From Desulfonatronovibrionaceae bacterium (GTDB lineage: Bacteria > Desulfobacterota > Desulfovibrionia > Desulfovibrionales > Desulfonatronovibrionaceae), in assembly GCA_046539845.1 (NCBI GenBank), contig JBKHGE010000017.1:1-45349 (forward strand): DNA of 45,349 bases, in the 5' to 3' direction. Below are positions 19,352 through 28,692 of this stretch, piece after piece (within the stretch, counting starts at the first letter, position 1; the number at the start of each line of letters is the position of its first letter). The notes under the pieces were generated by a model, which was not told where the DNA came from, searched no databases, and saw only the letters and a list, made by a program, of their open reading frames with translations. The position numbers and the translations under genes are program-made.

Positions 19352-19402
19352 GAAAACAAAAATCGCCCGGCAGGATTTTCCTGCCGGGCGATTTTTGTTT
19401 TC
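19352..19402. terminator. Perfect 24-bp hairpin, terminator-like in both directions
   Basis: GAAAACAAAAATCGCCCGGCAGGA-TTT-TCCTGCCGGGCGATTTTTGTTTTC. Confidence 0.8.
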
Positions 19403-19492
19403 CTATAACTGTACAGCCCTCTTGCCCTCCAGATCGGAGATAAATCCGGATCTTTCCGGGACCTTTTTTGGGGACCGGGCTACAAAAAGGCA

Positions 19493-19831
19493 TCAGGTGC
19501 CGGCCAGACGGCGGGTCCTTTTCTTCAGAATATGGATCCTACGCCGCAGGGCCTTGCGCTTTTGTTTGTCCTTTTTGGAGGTCTCTGCCTTTTCCGCGCG
19601 CAGTCGCCTTATCTCTTTTTTCAGGTTGAGAACCTGTGCCTTGTACGGGGAACCCCCTTCCTCGTCCTGCTCTATGCCCAGGACCTCCTTAATGGATTTG
19701 AGCAGCTGCTCCTTGTCCATGCCCGAGGCTCCGGTTATCTGGGGTATCTTCTCCATGGCCAACTGCCTGAGCTCCTTGGCGGTCATCTTGTCCAGGGGCT
19801 TTTTCAGATCCAAATTGTTTTCTTCCGACAT
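19493..19831 (-). CDS. Small Rho-N-terminal-domain-like protein with a basic C-terminal helix
   Basis: LDKMTAKELRQLA...GASGMDKEQL matches the Rho_N pattern. K/R-rich tail. AGGAGG RBS. Confidence 0.75.
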   Translation of the reverse strand: MSEENNLDLKKPLDKMTAKELRQLAMEKIPQITGASGMDKEQLLKSIKEVLGIEQDEEGGSPYKAQVLNLKKEIRRLRAEKAETSKKDKQKRKALRRRIHILKKRTRRLAGT

Positions 19832-19849
19832 TCCTTTGTCCTCCTAAGA

Positions 19850-20326
19850 TTATCTCTCGCGCTTCTCAAAGAAAGCAACGTATTTTTCGTAGCAGCGGGC
19901 CAGCTGCGAATCAGAAGGCAGCTTCCCCCGCAGGCGGCCCAGGTTCCGCGGACGCTGCGGTTCGCGGCAGGCGGGGATCTGGATCCCCGGCCGGATCTCG
20001 TCCAGCGGGGTGTGATCCTTTAGCAGTTCCAAGCGGACCTTGTCAAAATATTCTGTCTGCAAAAAGGAATTTACCCGACGCAATATCTCCTTTTGGAAAT
20101 AATTCATCTCCTGCATGATCAAAGAATCCTCGCAACCGACAATCAGGACCTGCTTTTTGTGCCCCAAGGGCCTTAGCATGGCAGACATTTCCGGCCCAAA
20201 GACATCGCTCCAAGCCGACCACAGCCGGACAAGGGCCCTGTTTATGCCCCCCCTATCCAATCCGCGCAGGCAGTCCTGCAATTGAGAACCGGCCGGCTCC
20301 GGCATACCGCTCCCGCGCACGCCCAT
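19850..20326 (-). CDS. DUF721 / DciA-family protein
   Basis: LWSAWSDVFG, LIVGCEDSLIMQEM, ILRRVN. Start chosen after a GGAAGGGG RBS (uncertain). Confidence 0.75.
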   Translation of the reverse strand: MGVRGSGMPEPAGSQLQDCLRGLDRGGINRALVRLWSAWSDVFGPEMSAMLRPLGHKKQVLIVGCEDSLIMQEMNYFQKEILRRVNSFLQTEYFDKVRLELLKDHTPLDEIRPGIQIPACREPQRPRNLGRLRGKLPSDSQLARCYEKYVAFFEKRER

Positions 20327-20486
20327 AAGCACCCCTTCCCAAAAAACCGGCCCGGATCCCACCGGGCCGGACTGGTTGTCCACATGTTTGCTTTCCGCTT
20401 AAGACTTGTCTTTCCCGGCCATGTCTGTCAAGCTGTATTCGGACAAAATCCGGGCCCAAAGACCCTATACCTGCAAGCAGCCGAAC

Positions 20487-22109
20487 ATGAATATCCTAAC
20501 TATAAACCTCTCCCTGGCTAAAAACCTTCGGGAGATGGGACACAACCTGCTCCAATGCGACCCCCCGCCCGGAGCGGTCCTGGATGCAGCCGCCCTGTGT
20601 CGCAAGTCCGGGTTCAACCCGGACTGCATGATCCAGCAGGAGACCCTGGGGAAAAGGGTCCTTGTTCTGAATATGGACCCTGTTCCCTGTCCCTCGGTCT
20701 ACTGGTCCATAGACACCCACTTGAACACCTATTGGCAACGCTACTACGGACTGAATTTCGACCTCTTTTTGTCCACGCAGAAAAAATGGACCTTTGAACT
20801 CCTGCGCCAGGGCATAAAGAACACTGCCTGGCTGCCCTGGTACGGGAGCGAACAGAAATGGCTGCCCTGGGAAAAAAGAAAACACGATATAAGCTTTGTG
20901 GGCCGGATCACCGAGGCCCGTTTGGCCCGCAAATGGATGGCTGAATTTTTGCGCGACAACTTTGTCCCGCATATAGTCCAGGACATACCCTTCAAGGCCA
21001 TGCTCCAAACATACGCAAACACTAGACTGGTCCCGAACGAGGCCATTTTCGGCGAGGTCAACTTCCGCACCTTTGAGGCCGCCTCCTGCGGGGCAATGGT
21101 TTTGTCCCAAAAACTGGAGGACGGACTGGACAGCCTTTTCGATCCGGGGCGGGAGATTATCACCTATGAAAACGTTGTCGAGCTCAAAGGCCTTGTGGAA
21201 TACTATATGGCCCATCCGAAACAGGCCAAAACGATTGCCGCTGCCGGCCGGGAGAGGGTGCAAAAGGAACACCTCCCCCAGCACAGGGCGCATACCCTAT
21301 CCGGTCTTGTGCAGGACCTGTGCCGGGAAAGACGCCTCAAGCCGGACATATACGCTTGGGTGTCTTCGTTGTGGCTGCAGGAAAACTCCCTGACCGGGGA
21401 AAAGCGAGAATGCAGCCGCGCTCTCAACTCGCTTTCAGTCACCCCGGAAACCCTGCTCTTCCGGATACAGAACGCCTCCCGGGGAAACGGGGATGTCCTG
21501 CACTACTTGGTCCCGATACTGAAACAGGGCCAATTTGACTTTCATCTGCTTTTTAATACAGGATGCTCATTTGCGGCCCTGCAGGCCGGCCAAGTCAAAC
21601 TGGCCAAGGCCTTTTTGCTCAGACATCTCCGGGACCGCAAACCGTACATGCTGGACCTTGCGGACCAGGGTGGTCTTGTCCGGGCCTGGGTGCGGGAACT
21701 TGTCCGGGCCGGGGAAAAGTTGCGCCCCGGATTTTTTTACCGCCCGGAGCTGCATCTGCCCCAAAGCGCTGTAGAATGCCTGATCTGGTGGCACGACAAG
21801 CATCCCGGAAACCGTTCCTTGCTTGCGGACATCAAAAATCTGCTCGGCGACATCCCCGGCTGCGAGCCGGTGGTCCTGGAGGCCTTGTCCCGGCTTAGCC
21901 TGCACAGGCAAAAGGACTGGAGATACAACCTGGAGCTGGCCCGGATAAATCTTAAGGCCTTCCGCCTGCGCCAGGGGCTGGAAGAGCTGGTTTTGGCCAA
22001 AAAGAACGCTGCTGAAAGCGGTGCAGAACATTGCTTGCGGTCCTGCCTGCGGCGAATGGACAAAAACGGCCTTCTGCGCACGGCACTGGACGAGGTCACT
22101 CATGCTTGA
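20487..22109 (+). CDS. CgeB-like glycosyltransferase (GT-B) with a helical C-terminal extension
   Basis: YWSIDTH, ISFVGR, EVNFRTFEAASCGA, IAAAGRERVQKEH. Confidence 0.8.
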   Translation: MNILTINLSLAKNLREMGHNLLQCDPPPGAVLDAAALCRKSGFNPDCMIQQETLGKRVLVLNMDPVPCPSVYWSIDTHLNTYWQRYYGLNFDLFLSTQKKWTFELLRQGIKNTAWLPWYGSEQKWLPWEKRKHDISFVGRITEARLARKWMAEFLRDNFVPHIVQDIPFKAMLQTYANTRLVPNEAIFGEVNFRTFEAASCGAMVLSQKLEDGLDSLFDPGREIITYENVVELKGLVEYYMAHPKQAKTIAAAGRERVQKEHLPQHRAHTLSGLVQDLCRERRLKPDIYAWVSSLWLQENSLTGEKRECSRALNSLSVTPETLLFRIQNASRGNGDVLHYLVPILKQGQFDFHLLFNTGCSFAALQAGQVKLAKAFLLRHLRDRKPYMLDLADQGGLVRAWVRELVRAGEKLRPGFFYRPELHLPQSAVECLIWWHDKHPGNRSLLADIKNLLGDIPGCEPVVLEALSRLSLHRQKDWRYNLELARINLKAFRLRQGLEELVLAKKNAAESGAEHCLRSCLRRMDKNGLLRTALDEVTHA

Positions 22110-23691
22110 ATTGCTGCGAATCAAAAACATGGCCCTGATCGAGGATCTGGAAATGGAGCTTTCCCCGGGCCTGAACGTTTTGAGCGGGGAGTCCGGGGCG
22201 GGCAAATCCTTTATCCTCCGGGCCCTGGATTTCATCCTCGGGGCGAAGATCTCCGCTGAAATGGTTAGGCCGGGACGGGACAAGGCCGCGGTCGAGGCCG
22301 TATTCGTGCAAAACGGAGAAGAGCTTTTGCTCAAAAGGGAACTATCCGCGGAAACCGGACGTAGCCGCTGCTATATGAATGACAGCCTGAGCTCTCAGGC
22401 CAGGCTGGCCGAACTCAAAGACAAGCTGCTCATCCACACCAGCCAGCACGGCCAGCAGAAACTACTCAAGCCCGCCTATCACTCCCGAATTTTGGATATG
22501 TTCTGGGACGGGAGCGGGCTGTTCCGGAAAAAGGCGGACAGGCTCTCCCGGCTGCGGGAGCTGGACGAGGAAGAAAGCCGGCTCAAACGCGAACTTGAAG
22601 AGGTGGCAGAAAAAAAGGATTTTCTTCTGTATCAAAAAGAGGAGATAGATAAGGTCGCCCCCCAAGCAGGGGAGGAAGAAGAACTGCAGCAAAGACAAAA
22701 AGAAATCCGCTCCCGGGCGGATCTGGAGGAGAATGTGACTTCGGCTCTGGATATCATCCATTCCGGAGGACTTTTGGACAATATTTTTGCCCTGCACAAA
22801 AAGGTGGAGGAAATGGCCCGCACGGACGAGGAATTCAAACCCTTTGCCGACCGGATGCAGGAAACGGCGGAATACGTGCGGGAACTGGAATCTAGGCTCC
22901 GCTCCGTGCCGATACAGGACGGGATGCAGGAACAGGAGGCCGTGGAGTCCCGACTCTGGGAGCTTTCCAGCTTGAAGCGGCGCCTTAACCGGGACATGGA
23001 CCAGATCCTGGCCCTGGGAGAGGAAATAAATGAGAACCTCTCCTTTCTGGACCAGGGAGAGCTGCGTCTGAAACAGCTTTCCCGGGACAAGGAAGGGCTG
23101 AAAGAAGAGCTCGCCGGTCTGGTCAAAAAGATAAGCTCCGGACGGGAACAGGCCTGCCGGCCCTTGAAAGAGGCTTTGGAGTCCTCGCTTCGGCAGCTGG
23201 GTTTCCCAAAGGAGGTCTCTTTGCATTTCGAGTTCATCCCGGAGGAGATCTACCCCGGTATCCAAGAGCACAGGCCGCGCATCATGTGGGTACCCAACCC
23301 CGGACAAAGCCCGCAGCCCCTGGACAGGATCGCCTCCGGAGGAGAACTCTCCCGGTTTTTGCTGGCCCTAGTCGGACTACGCTCAAAGCAGGACCTGCCC
23401 ACCCTGTTGTTTGACGAGGTGGACGCGGGCATAGGCGGGGAGACCCTGAACAAAGTGGGCCGGCATATACGCATGCTCTCGGCCTCCCGCCAGGTCATTT
23501 TGATCACCCACTGGCCGCAGCTGGCCAGACTGGCGGACAGGCACTTCCTGGTCAGCAAAAAAATCCTCGACCAGGAGACCACCACCCACTGCAGACGCCT
23601 TGACGCTGAGGAGAGTCGGGCCGAGCTGGCCCGCATGGCCGGCGGGGGAAATGCGCTGCGGGCCATAGCCGGGGACTTGGCCGCCCGCTGA
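22102..23691 (+). CDS. recN: DNA repair protein RecN
   Basis: GESGAGKS Walker A, QHGQQ, coiled coil, ASGGELSR, FDEVDAGIGG, ITHWPQ. Confidence 0.95.
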   Translation: MLELLRIKNMALIEDLEMELSPGLNVLSGESGAGKSFILRALDFILGAKISAEMVRPGRDKAAVEAVFVQNGEELLLKRELSAETGRSRCYMNDSLSSQARLAELKDKLLIHTSQHGQQKLLKPAYHSRILDMFWDGSGLFRKKADRLSRLRELDEEESRLKRELEEVAEKKDFLLYQKEEIDKVAPQAGEEEELQQRQKEIRSRADLEENVTSALDIIHSGGLLDNIFALHKKVEEMARTDEEFKPFADRMQETAEYVRELESRLRSVPIQDGMQEQEAVESRLWELSSLKRRLNRDMDQILALGEEINENLSFLDQGELRLKQLSRDKEGLKEELAGLVKKISSGREQACRPLKEALESSLRQLGFPKEVSLHFEFIPEEIYPGIQEHRPRIMWVPNPGQSPQPLDRIASGGELSRFLLALVGLRSKQDLPTLLFDEVDAGIGGETLNKVGRHIRMLSASRQVILITHWPQLARLADRHFLVSKKILDQETTTHCRRLDAEESRAELARMAGGGNALRAIAGDLAAR

Positions 23692-23845
23692 CGCACAGTC
23701 GGGGACAAAAAGTTGGCTCCTTACCGTAAGGTATGGTTTTTCTTCGCCTGACCCTTTGTCGCTCATTGCGGTTTATATTTTTGTATCCCCAAATCATGTT
23801 CAGATTTATGCACAACACCAAAAACTTTTCGCCCAAGGACCTCTC

Positions 23846-24613
23846 ATGCCCCAGCCTCAATGTATATTCACGGCAGTAAAGGACATCTCGCCGCACGGTT
23901 CAAAGGATTTCTTCAGCCTGTATCTTAAGAACCCGGGCTGGGACTATGCACCCGGGCAGTTCGTCATGCTCCGCCCCGAGTCCTGGGGCCTGGACCCGCT
24001 CTGGCCCCGCCCCTTTTCCATCTGCCAGAGCACCGGCCGGGGGCTGCGCATATTCTTCCGCATAGCCGGGCGCGGCACCAGACTGCTCTCCGGCGCCGCC
24101 CCGGGAGATATCATGCGCATCTGGGGCCCCCTGGGAAACGGATTTGACTACTCCCCAGGGCAGAAAATCTTGATTTTGGCCGGGGGCATGGGGCTGGCTC
24201 CGTTCCTAGGACTCATGAGCAGCCACCCCCGGCCCGGGGATATAAGGCTGATCTTCGGGTACACGGCCGAACAGGCCAACTACCCCCTGGAGGAAATCCC
24301 GGAGAGACTGGGGCAGAAGACATTTTTCCGACAAAAGACAGCCAAGGATCTCGAGCAGTTCCAAAAAATCGTGCAGGATGGCATAGGCGCGGCCTCGGAC
24401 CGGCTCATTCTGGCCTGCGGGCCGCAGCCGTTCCTCAGATTCATCCGGAAAAGATGCCTGGAGACCGGGCGCGAGGCCCAGATCTCCCTGGAGAACACCA
24501 TGGCCTGCGGGGTCGGGGCCTGCCTGGGCTGCGTGCAAAAGGACACCCGGGACGAATACGTATCCACGTGTAAAAACGGCCCGGTATTTCCGGTTAAAGA
24601 CATAAGGATCTAG
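23846..24613 (+). CDS. pyrK: Dihydroorotate dehydrogenase electron-transfer subunit
   Basis: PGQFVML, RPFSI, GPLGNGF, AGGMGLAP, ACGP, MACGVGACLGC, CKNGPVF. Confidence 0.92.
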   Translation: MPQPQCIFTAVKDISPHGSKDFFSLYLKNPGWDYAPGQFVMLRPESWGLDPLWPRPFSICQSTGRGLRIFFRIAGRGTRLLSGAAPGDIMRIWGPLGNGFDYSPGQKILILAGGMGLAPFLGLMSSHPRPGDIRLIFGYTAEQANYPLEEIPERLGQKTFFRQKTAKDLEQFQKIVQDGIGAASDRLILACGPQPFLRFIRKRCLETGREAQISLENTMACGVGACLGCVQKDTRDEYVSTCKNGPVFPVKDIRI

Positions 24614-24616
24614 GAA

Positions 24617-25543
24617 ATGGACACTGCTGTGGATTTAAACGGCCTCAAACTCCAAAACCCGATAATAACCGCCTCCGGCACCTTCGGGTACGGACTGGAG
24701 TTCTCCCCGTACGGGGACTTGAGCACCCTGGGCGGGATCGTGGTCAAGGGGCTTTCCCTTGAGCCCCGGCCGGGCAACCCGGTCCCGCGCATAGCAGAGA
24801 CCGCGTGCGGAATGCTCAACGCCATCGGGCTGCAGAACATTGGGGCCCGGAAATTCGTCCGGGACAAACTGCCCGCCCTGCCCTGGCGGGAAACCGCGGT
24901 CATCGCCAATTTGTACGGCCAGAGCCCTGAAGAATTCGGGGAACTGGCTGATTATCTGTCCCGGCGCGAGGAGATCGCCGCTTTGGAAGTGAATATCTCC
25001 TGCCCCAATGTCCGCCGGGGCGGGGTGCAGTTCGGCCAGAATCCGGACACGGCCGCCCGGGTCACCTCACAGGTAAAAGAACAGGCCCGGGGCAAGCCGG
25101 TAATAGTCAAGCTGAGCCCTAACGTGGCTGATATCAAGGAAGCGGCCGCAGCCGCTGAAAGCGGGGGCGCGGACATCATCTCCCTGATAAACACCCTGGG
25201 CGGGATGGCCGTGGATATCGAGACTAGGCAGCCCAGACTGGCCAATGTCTATGGCGGGCTTTCCGGACCGGCCATAAAACCGGTGGCCTTGAAGATGACC
25301 CATGAGGCGGCCGGGGCTGTATCCATCCCGGTTATCGGTATGGGCGGGATAACCAGCGCACGGGACGTCCTGGAATTCATGCTGGTCGGGGCCTGGGCCA
25401 TTCAGGTCGGGACAGCGAACTTCATCTCCCCGGACAGGTCTTTTGCCCTGGTCCGGGAGACAGAGGAACTCGCCGCCTCGCTCGGCATTTCCTCCTGGTC
25501 CGAATGGCGCGGCACCCTGCGCCCCCATCCCGCTCTTGAGTAA
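24617..25543 (+). CDS. pyrD: Dihydroorotate dehydrogenase (class 1B) catalytic subunit
   Basis: TASGTFG, NAIGLQN, EVNISCPN, VKLSPN, GGLSGPAIKP. Confidence 0.96.
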   Translation: MDTAVDLNGLKLQNPIITASGTFGYGLEFSPYGDLSTLGGIVVKGLSLEPRPGNPVPRIAETACGMLNAIGLQNIGARKFVRDKLPALPWRETAVIANLYGQSPEEFGELADYLSRREEIAALEVNISCPNVRRGGVQFGQNPDTAARVTSQVKEQARGKPVIVKLSPNVADIKEAAAAAESGGADIISLINTLGGMAVDIETRQPRLANVYGGLSGPAIKPVALKMTHEAAGAVSIPVIGMGGITSARDVLEFMLVGAWAIQVGTANFISPDRSFALVRETEELAASLGISSWSEWRGTLRPHPALE

Positions 25544-25763
25544 TTGCCGGATTCCGGCTAGAATCATGCTGCAATTTATGCCCGCAAGACGTTTCGTACC
25601 GCGATTCTGCTCGCCGGGACTCCGGGCAGAAACAAGCTGGCGTCCCCGGCCTTTTCAATCCGGACCCGGATGCAAAATACCCGGCGCCGAGCGGCATAAA
25701 AACCAATAAACGCAAGGCCGAAAAAGCAGCATCAACACCCCAGATGCGCTAAGGAGTAATTTC

Positions 25764-27089
25764 ATGCCTCAGCCCATAAAGGACGCAGTATCCATCTGCA
25801 AGACCATAATGCGTAACGGAATGGACGCCTACGTGATCAACGCCCCGTTGCAGGAAAAGATCTCCGTGGACAATCCCCATGAAGTGGACATCTGCACCGA
25901 GATGGACATGGACGGGCTGGTCAAGCTGTTCCCCAGCACGGGCGAACCCAGGGTGGAAGGCGCGGCAGCCACCCTGACCGAAGGCCGGACCAGGTTTCAT
26001 TTCTATCCCGTGGACGCAAGCGAGTCCTCATACACGGACACCGCACTCACCCGGCTGACCCCGCGGATGCTCAAGGAACTCGAGCAAAAAGACGAACTCT
26101 CCCTGGACCTGGCCTGCCCCTATCTACCGTGGACCAACGATGCCTACGAAGGGTTCCGGGATCCGGATCGGGGGGAGATCGCCTTTGTCCAGCTACCGGA
26201 CGAAGCCCTGAAACGCGATTACCTGCGCGCTATCCGGGCCATGCGCTTTTCCGCGAACTACCACCTACCCATAGAGGCCAATTCCTGGCTGGCCATTGTC
26301 CGCAATGCCAAAAGGGTCTTGGACTACGTGCCGGTCACGGATATCATGGATGAATGGCGCAAGGTGGAAGCGGAAAACATGCACGCCTTTGCCCAGCTCC
26401 TATTCGACAGCATGATCCTGCACGGCCTGATCCCGGAACTCGCCGCCCTGAGCCGGGTGACCCAGATAAAGAATCAGGACCAGGGTGAAGAAACGGTGTG
26501 GGCGCACACTATGGGCGTTATGCGCTTTTATCCGGAGGAGCTGCCCTATGATTGGTACGGGGCCGTGGCCTGTCTGTTCCATGACGTAGGCAAACTGTAT
26601 ACCGGGGAGTGGCATGAGGATAAAATGACCTTTTACCAGCACCATCAGGTGGGGGCCAAGGTCACCCGCAAGATTCTACGCGCCCTGCGCTTCGAGCCGA
26701 GCGAGATCGATCTGATCTGCCATCTGGTCCGTCATCACATGCGTTTTCATTTCATGCTCACCGACAAGGGCATCCGACGTTTCAAGAGCCTGGAGGAGTA
26801 CCCGCGCCTGATCGAAATAGTCCGGGCCGACCTCAAGGCCAGGGACGGAAATTACACCGAATTCAATCACAACTTAAAGATGCTGGAGCGGGCGGACATT
26901 GACGAGGACATGCTCGAGCCGCTTTTGAACGGACACGAGATAATGGAATTTACCGGGGTCAAACCCGGACCGGAGGTGGGGCTTTTGCGCGACGCCCTCC
27001 TCCAGGCCCAGATAGCGGGCAAGGTCACCTCGGTGCCGGAAGCAGTGGATTTTGTAGTCAACTACAAGAAAAAGGAGACCCTGCAATAA
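25764..27089 (+). CDS. HD-domain protein with a tRNA nucleotidyltransferase/poly(A) polymerase-like scaffold
   Basis: DYLRAIRAMRF, TVWAHT, LFHDVGK, FYQHHQVGA, VRHHM, LLNGHEIM..GVKPGPEVG. Head-domain catalytic motifs are degenerate. Confidence 0.85.
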   Translation: MPQPIKDAVSICKTIMRNGMDAYVINAPLQEKISVDNPHEVDICTEMDMDGLVKLFPSTGEPRVEGAAATLTEGRTRFHFYPVDASESSYTDTALTRLTPRMLKELEQKDELSLDLACPYLPWTNDAYEGFRDPDRGEIAFVQLPDEALKRDYLRAIRAMRFSANYHLPIEANSWLAIVRNAKRVLDYVPVTDIMDEWRKVEAENMHAFAQLLFDSMILHGLIPELAALSRVTQIKNQDQGEETVWAHTMGVMRFYPEELPYDWYGAVACLFHDVGKLYTGEWHEDKMTFYQHHQVGAKVTRKILRALRFEPSEIDLICHLVRHHMRFHFMLTDKGIRRFKSLEEYPRLIEIVRADLKARDGNYTEFNHNLKMLERADIDEDMLEPLLNGHEIMEFTGVKPGPEVGLLRDALLQAQIAGKVTSVPEAVDFVVNYKKKETLQ

Positions 27090-28129
27090 ACAACCTCCTT
27101 GAACTGGACTACAGACAATTACGCGCCTGGCTTGAGTCCGCGGGCGAACCCCGGTTCAGGGCCCAGCAGATATGGTCCTGGATATGGGCCAAAGGGGCCT
27201 GCGAGTTCAGGGACATGACCAATGTGAGCAAGGGACTAAGACGTAGGCTGGAGGAATCCTGGACGATCCGGCCGCCGCGGATCCATACGGCAAAGACCAG
27301 CCGGGACGGGACAGTCAAATTCCTTTTGCGCCTTGAGGATGACTCCCTGATAGAGTCCGTTTTGATCCCGGAAAAGGAAAAAATGACCCAGTGTTTGTCC
27401 TCTCAGGTGGGCTGTCCCATGGGCTGCACCTTCTGCAGCACCGGGAAGATGGGCTTTGTCCGCAACATGCGGGCCGGGGAGATAGCCGGCCAGGTCCTGG
27501 CCGCCCGCAACTACATGCAAAAACACCTCCCGGAGAAGAGACTAACCAATTTCGTGTTCATGGGCATGGGGGATCCGCTTTTGAACTGGGAGGAGATGAA
27601 AAAGGCGCTGACTATCTTCCACCACCCGCTCGGGCTGGATATATCCAGGCGCAGGATCACTGTCTCCACTGTGGGATTTCCGGGTCTGATCTCCGGGTTG
27701 GGAAAAAGCGATTCGGCCCTGCTCGCGGTTTCCCTGCACGCCCCGACCCAAGAGCTGCGTCGCGAGCTCATGCCCCGGGCGGCCGGCTTTGAGCTCCGGG
27801 ACCTTTTGCAGGAGCTGAAAAGATTCCCTCTGCGGCCGCGGGAGAGAGTGACCATCGAATACCTGCTCATCCAGGACAAAAACGACTCCCCGGAACACGC
27901 CCGGCTTTTGGCCAAAATCCTGGACGGGCTCAAATGCAAGGTCAACCTCATAGCCTATAACCCGGCCGGGGACAGCGACCATTTCCAAAGGCCGAACAAG
28001 GATCGGGTGTTGACATTCGAGAAAATCCTCTGGTCCAAGGGGCTGACCGCAACCCTGCGCAAGAGCAAGGGGCTGGATATAAACGCGGCCTGCGGGCAGC
28101 TGAAGGCGGAAACTCCCCCGGGGGCTTGA
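27086..28129 (+). CDS. rlmN: Dual-specificity RNA methyltransferase RlmN (radical SAM); probable ATA start
   Basis: DGTVKFLL, IESVLIP, CLSSQVGCPMGCTFC, VSLHA, INAACGQL. RlmN-like N-terminus (NLLELDY...GEPRFRAQQIWSW) extends 43 codons upstream of the first ATG at 27215. Confidence 0.93.
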   Translation: MNNLLELDYRQLRAWLESAGEPRFRAQQIWSWIWAKGACEFRDMTNVSKGLRRRLEESWTIRPPRIHTAKTSRDGTVKFLLRLEDDSLIESVLIPEKEKMTQCLSSQVGCPMGCTFCSTGKMGFVRNMRAGEIAGQVLAARNYMQKHLPEKRLTNFVFMGMGDPLLNWEEMKKALTIFHHPLGLDISRRRITVSTVGFPGLISGLGKSDSALLAVSLHAPTQELRRELMPRAAGFELRDLLQELKRFPLRPRERVTIEYLLIQDKNDSPEHARLLAKILDGLKCKVNLIAYNPAGDSDHFQRPNKDRVLTFEKILWSKGLTATLRKSKGLDINAACGQLKAETPPGA

Positions 28130-28319
28130 ACCTCCAAGGCGCCAGATACAAAAAGTTTAAGACCTGAAGAGAATTATTGCCCTGAATCGGAAGGTGGTTT
28201 CCCTCGACGCTTCGCACTTAAATTTTTAATCTGAATGTGGGACTGGCGGTTCAATTTTCCGGTTATTTTAAACCAGGACAAAAACCAAAACAAACACGAA
28301 ATATTAGGAGAGGACAAAA

Positions 28320-28691
28320 TTGCAACCTGATTTCGCCAAATGCGGCGGTCTGGTCCCGGCCATTGTCCAGGACCACGACTCCAAGGAAGTGCTCATGCTG
28401 GCTTACGTAAACCAGGAGGCCTGGCACAGGACCCTGGAAACCGGGGAGGCCCATTTCTACAGCCGCAGCCGGGACACCCTGTGGCACAAGGGCGGGACTT
28501 CCGGGCATGTGCAGAAAATAAAGGAAATAAGGCTGGACTGCGACCGGGACACGCTTTTGTACAGCGTGGACCAGATCGGCGGGGCCGCTTGCCATAAGGG
28601 ATACCGCTCCTGCTTCTACAACCGTCTCCAAGACAGCGAATGGTCCGTGTGTTCGCCGCAAATCTTCGATCCCAAGGAGGTCTACAAATAA
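28320..28691 (+). CDS. hisI: Phosphoribosyl-AMP cyclohydrolase
   Basis: [40 protein letters not shown]. Confidence 0.95.
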   Translation: MQPDFAKCGGLVPAIVQDHDSKEVLMLAYVNQEAWHRTLETGEAHFYSRSRDTLWHKGGTSGHVQKIKEIRLDCDRDTLLYSVDQIGGAACHKGYRSCFYNRLQDSEWSVCSPQIFDPKEVYK

Positions 28692-28692
28692 A

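Noticed and set aside
19493..19831. Calling this gene rho
   Set aside because: At 112 aa it lacks the RNA-binding and ATPase domains of Rho.
23719..23731. Palindrome CCTTAC-C-GTAAGG upstream of pyrK
   Set aside because: Arms are only 6 bp, there is no second copy in the window, and no PyrR-type attenuator is recognisable.
25764..27089. Calling this gene cca or pcnB
   Set aside because: The catalytic GGxVRD, DxD and RRD motifs are not recognisable.
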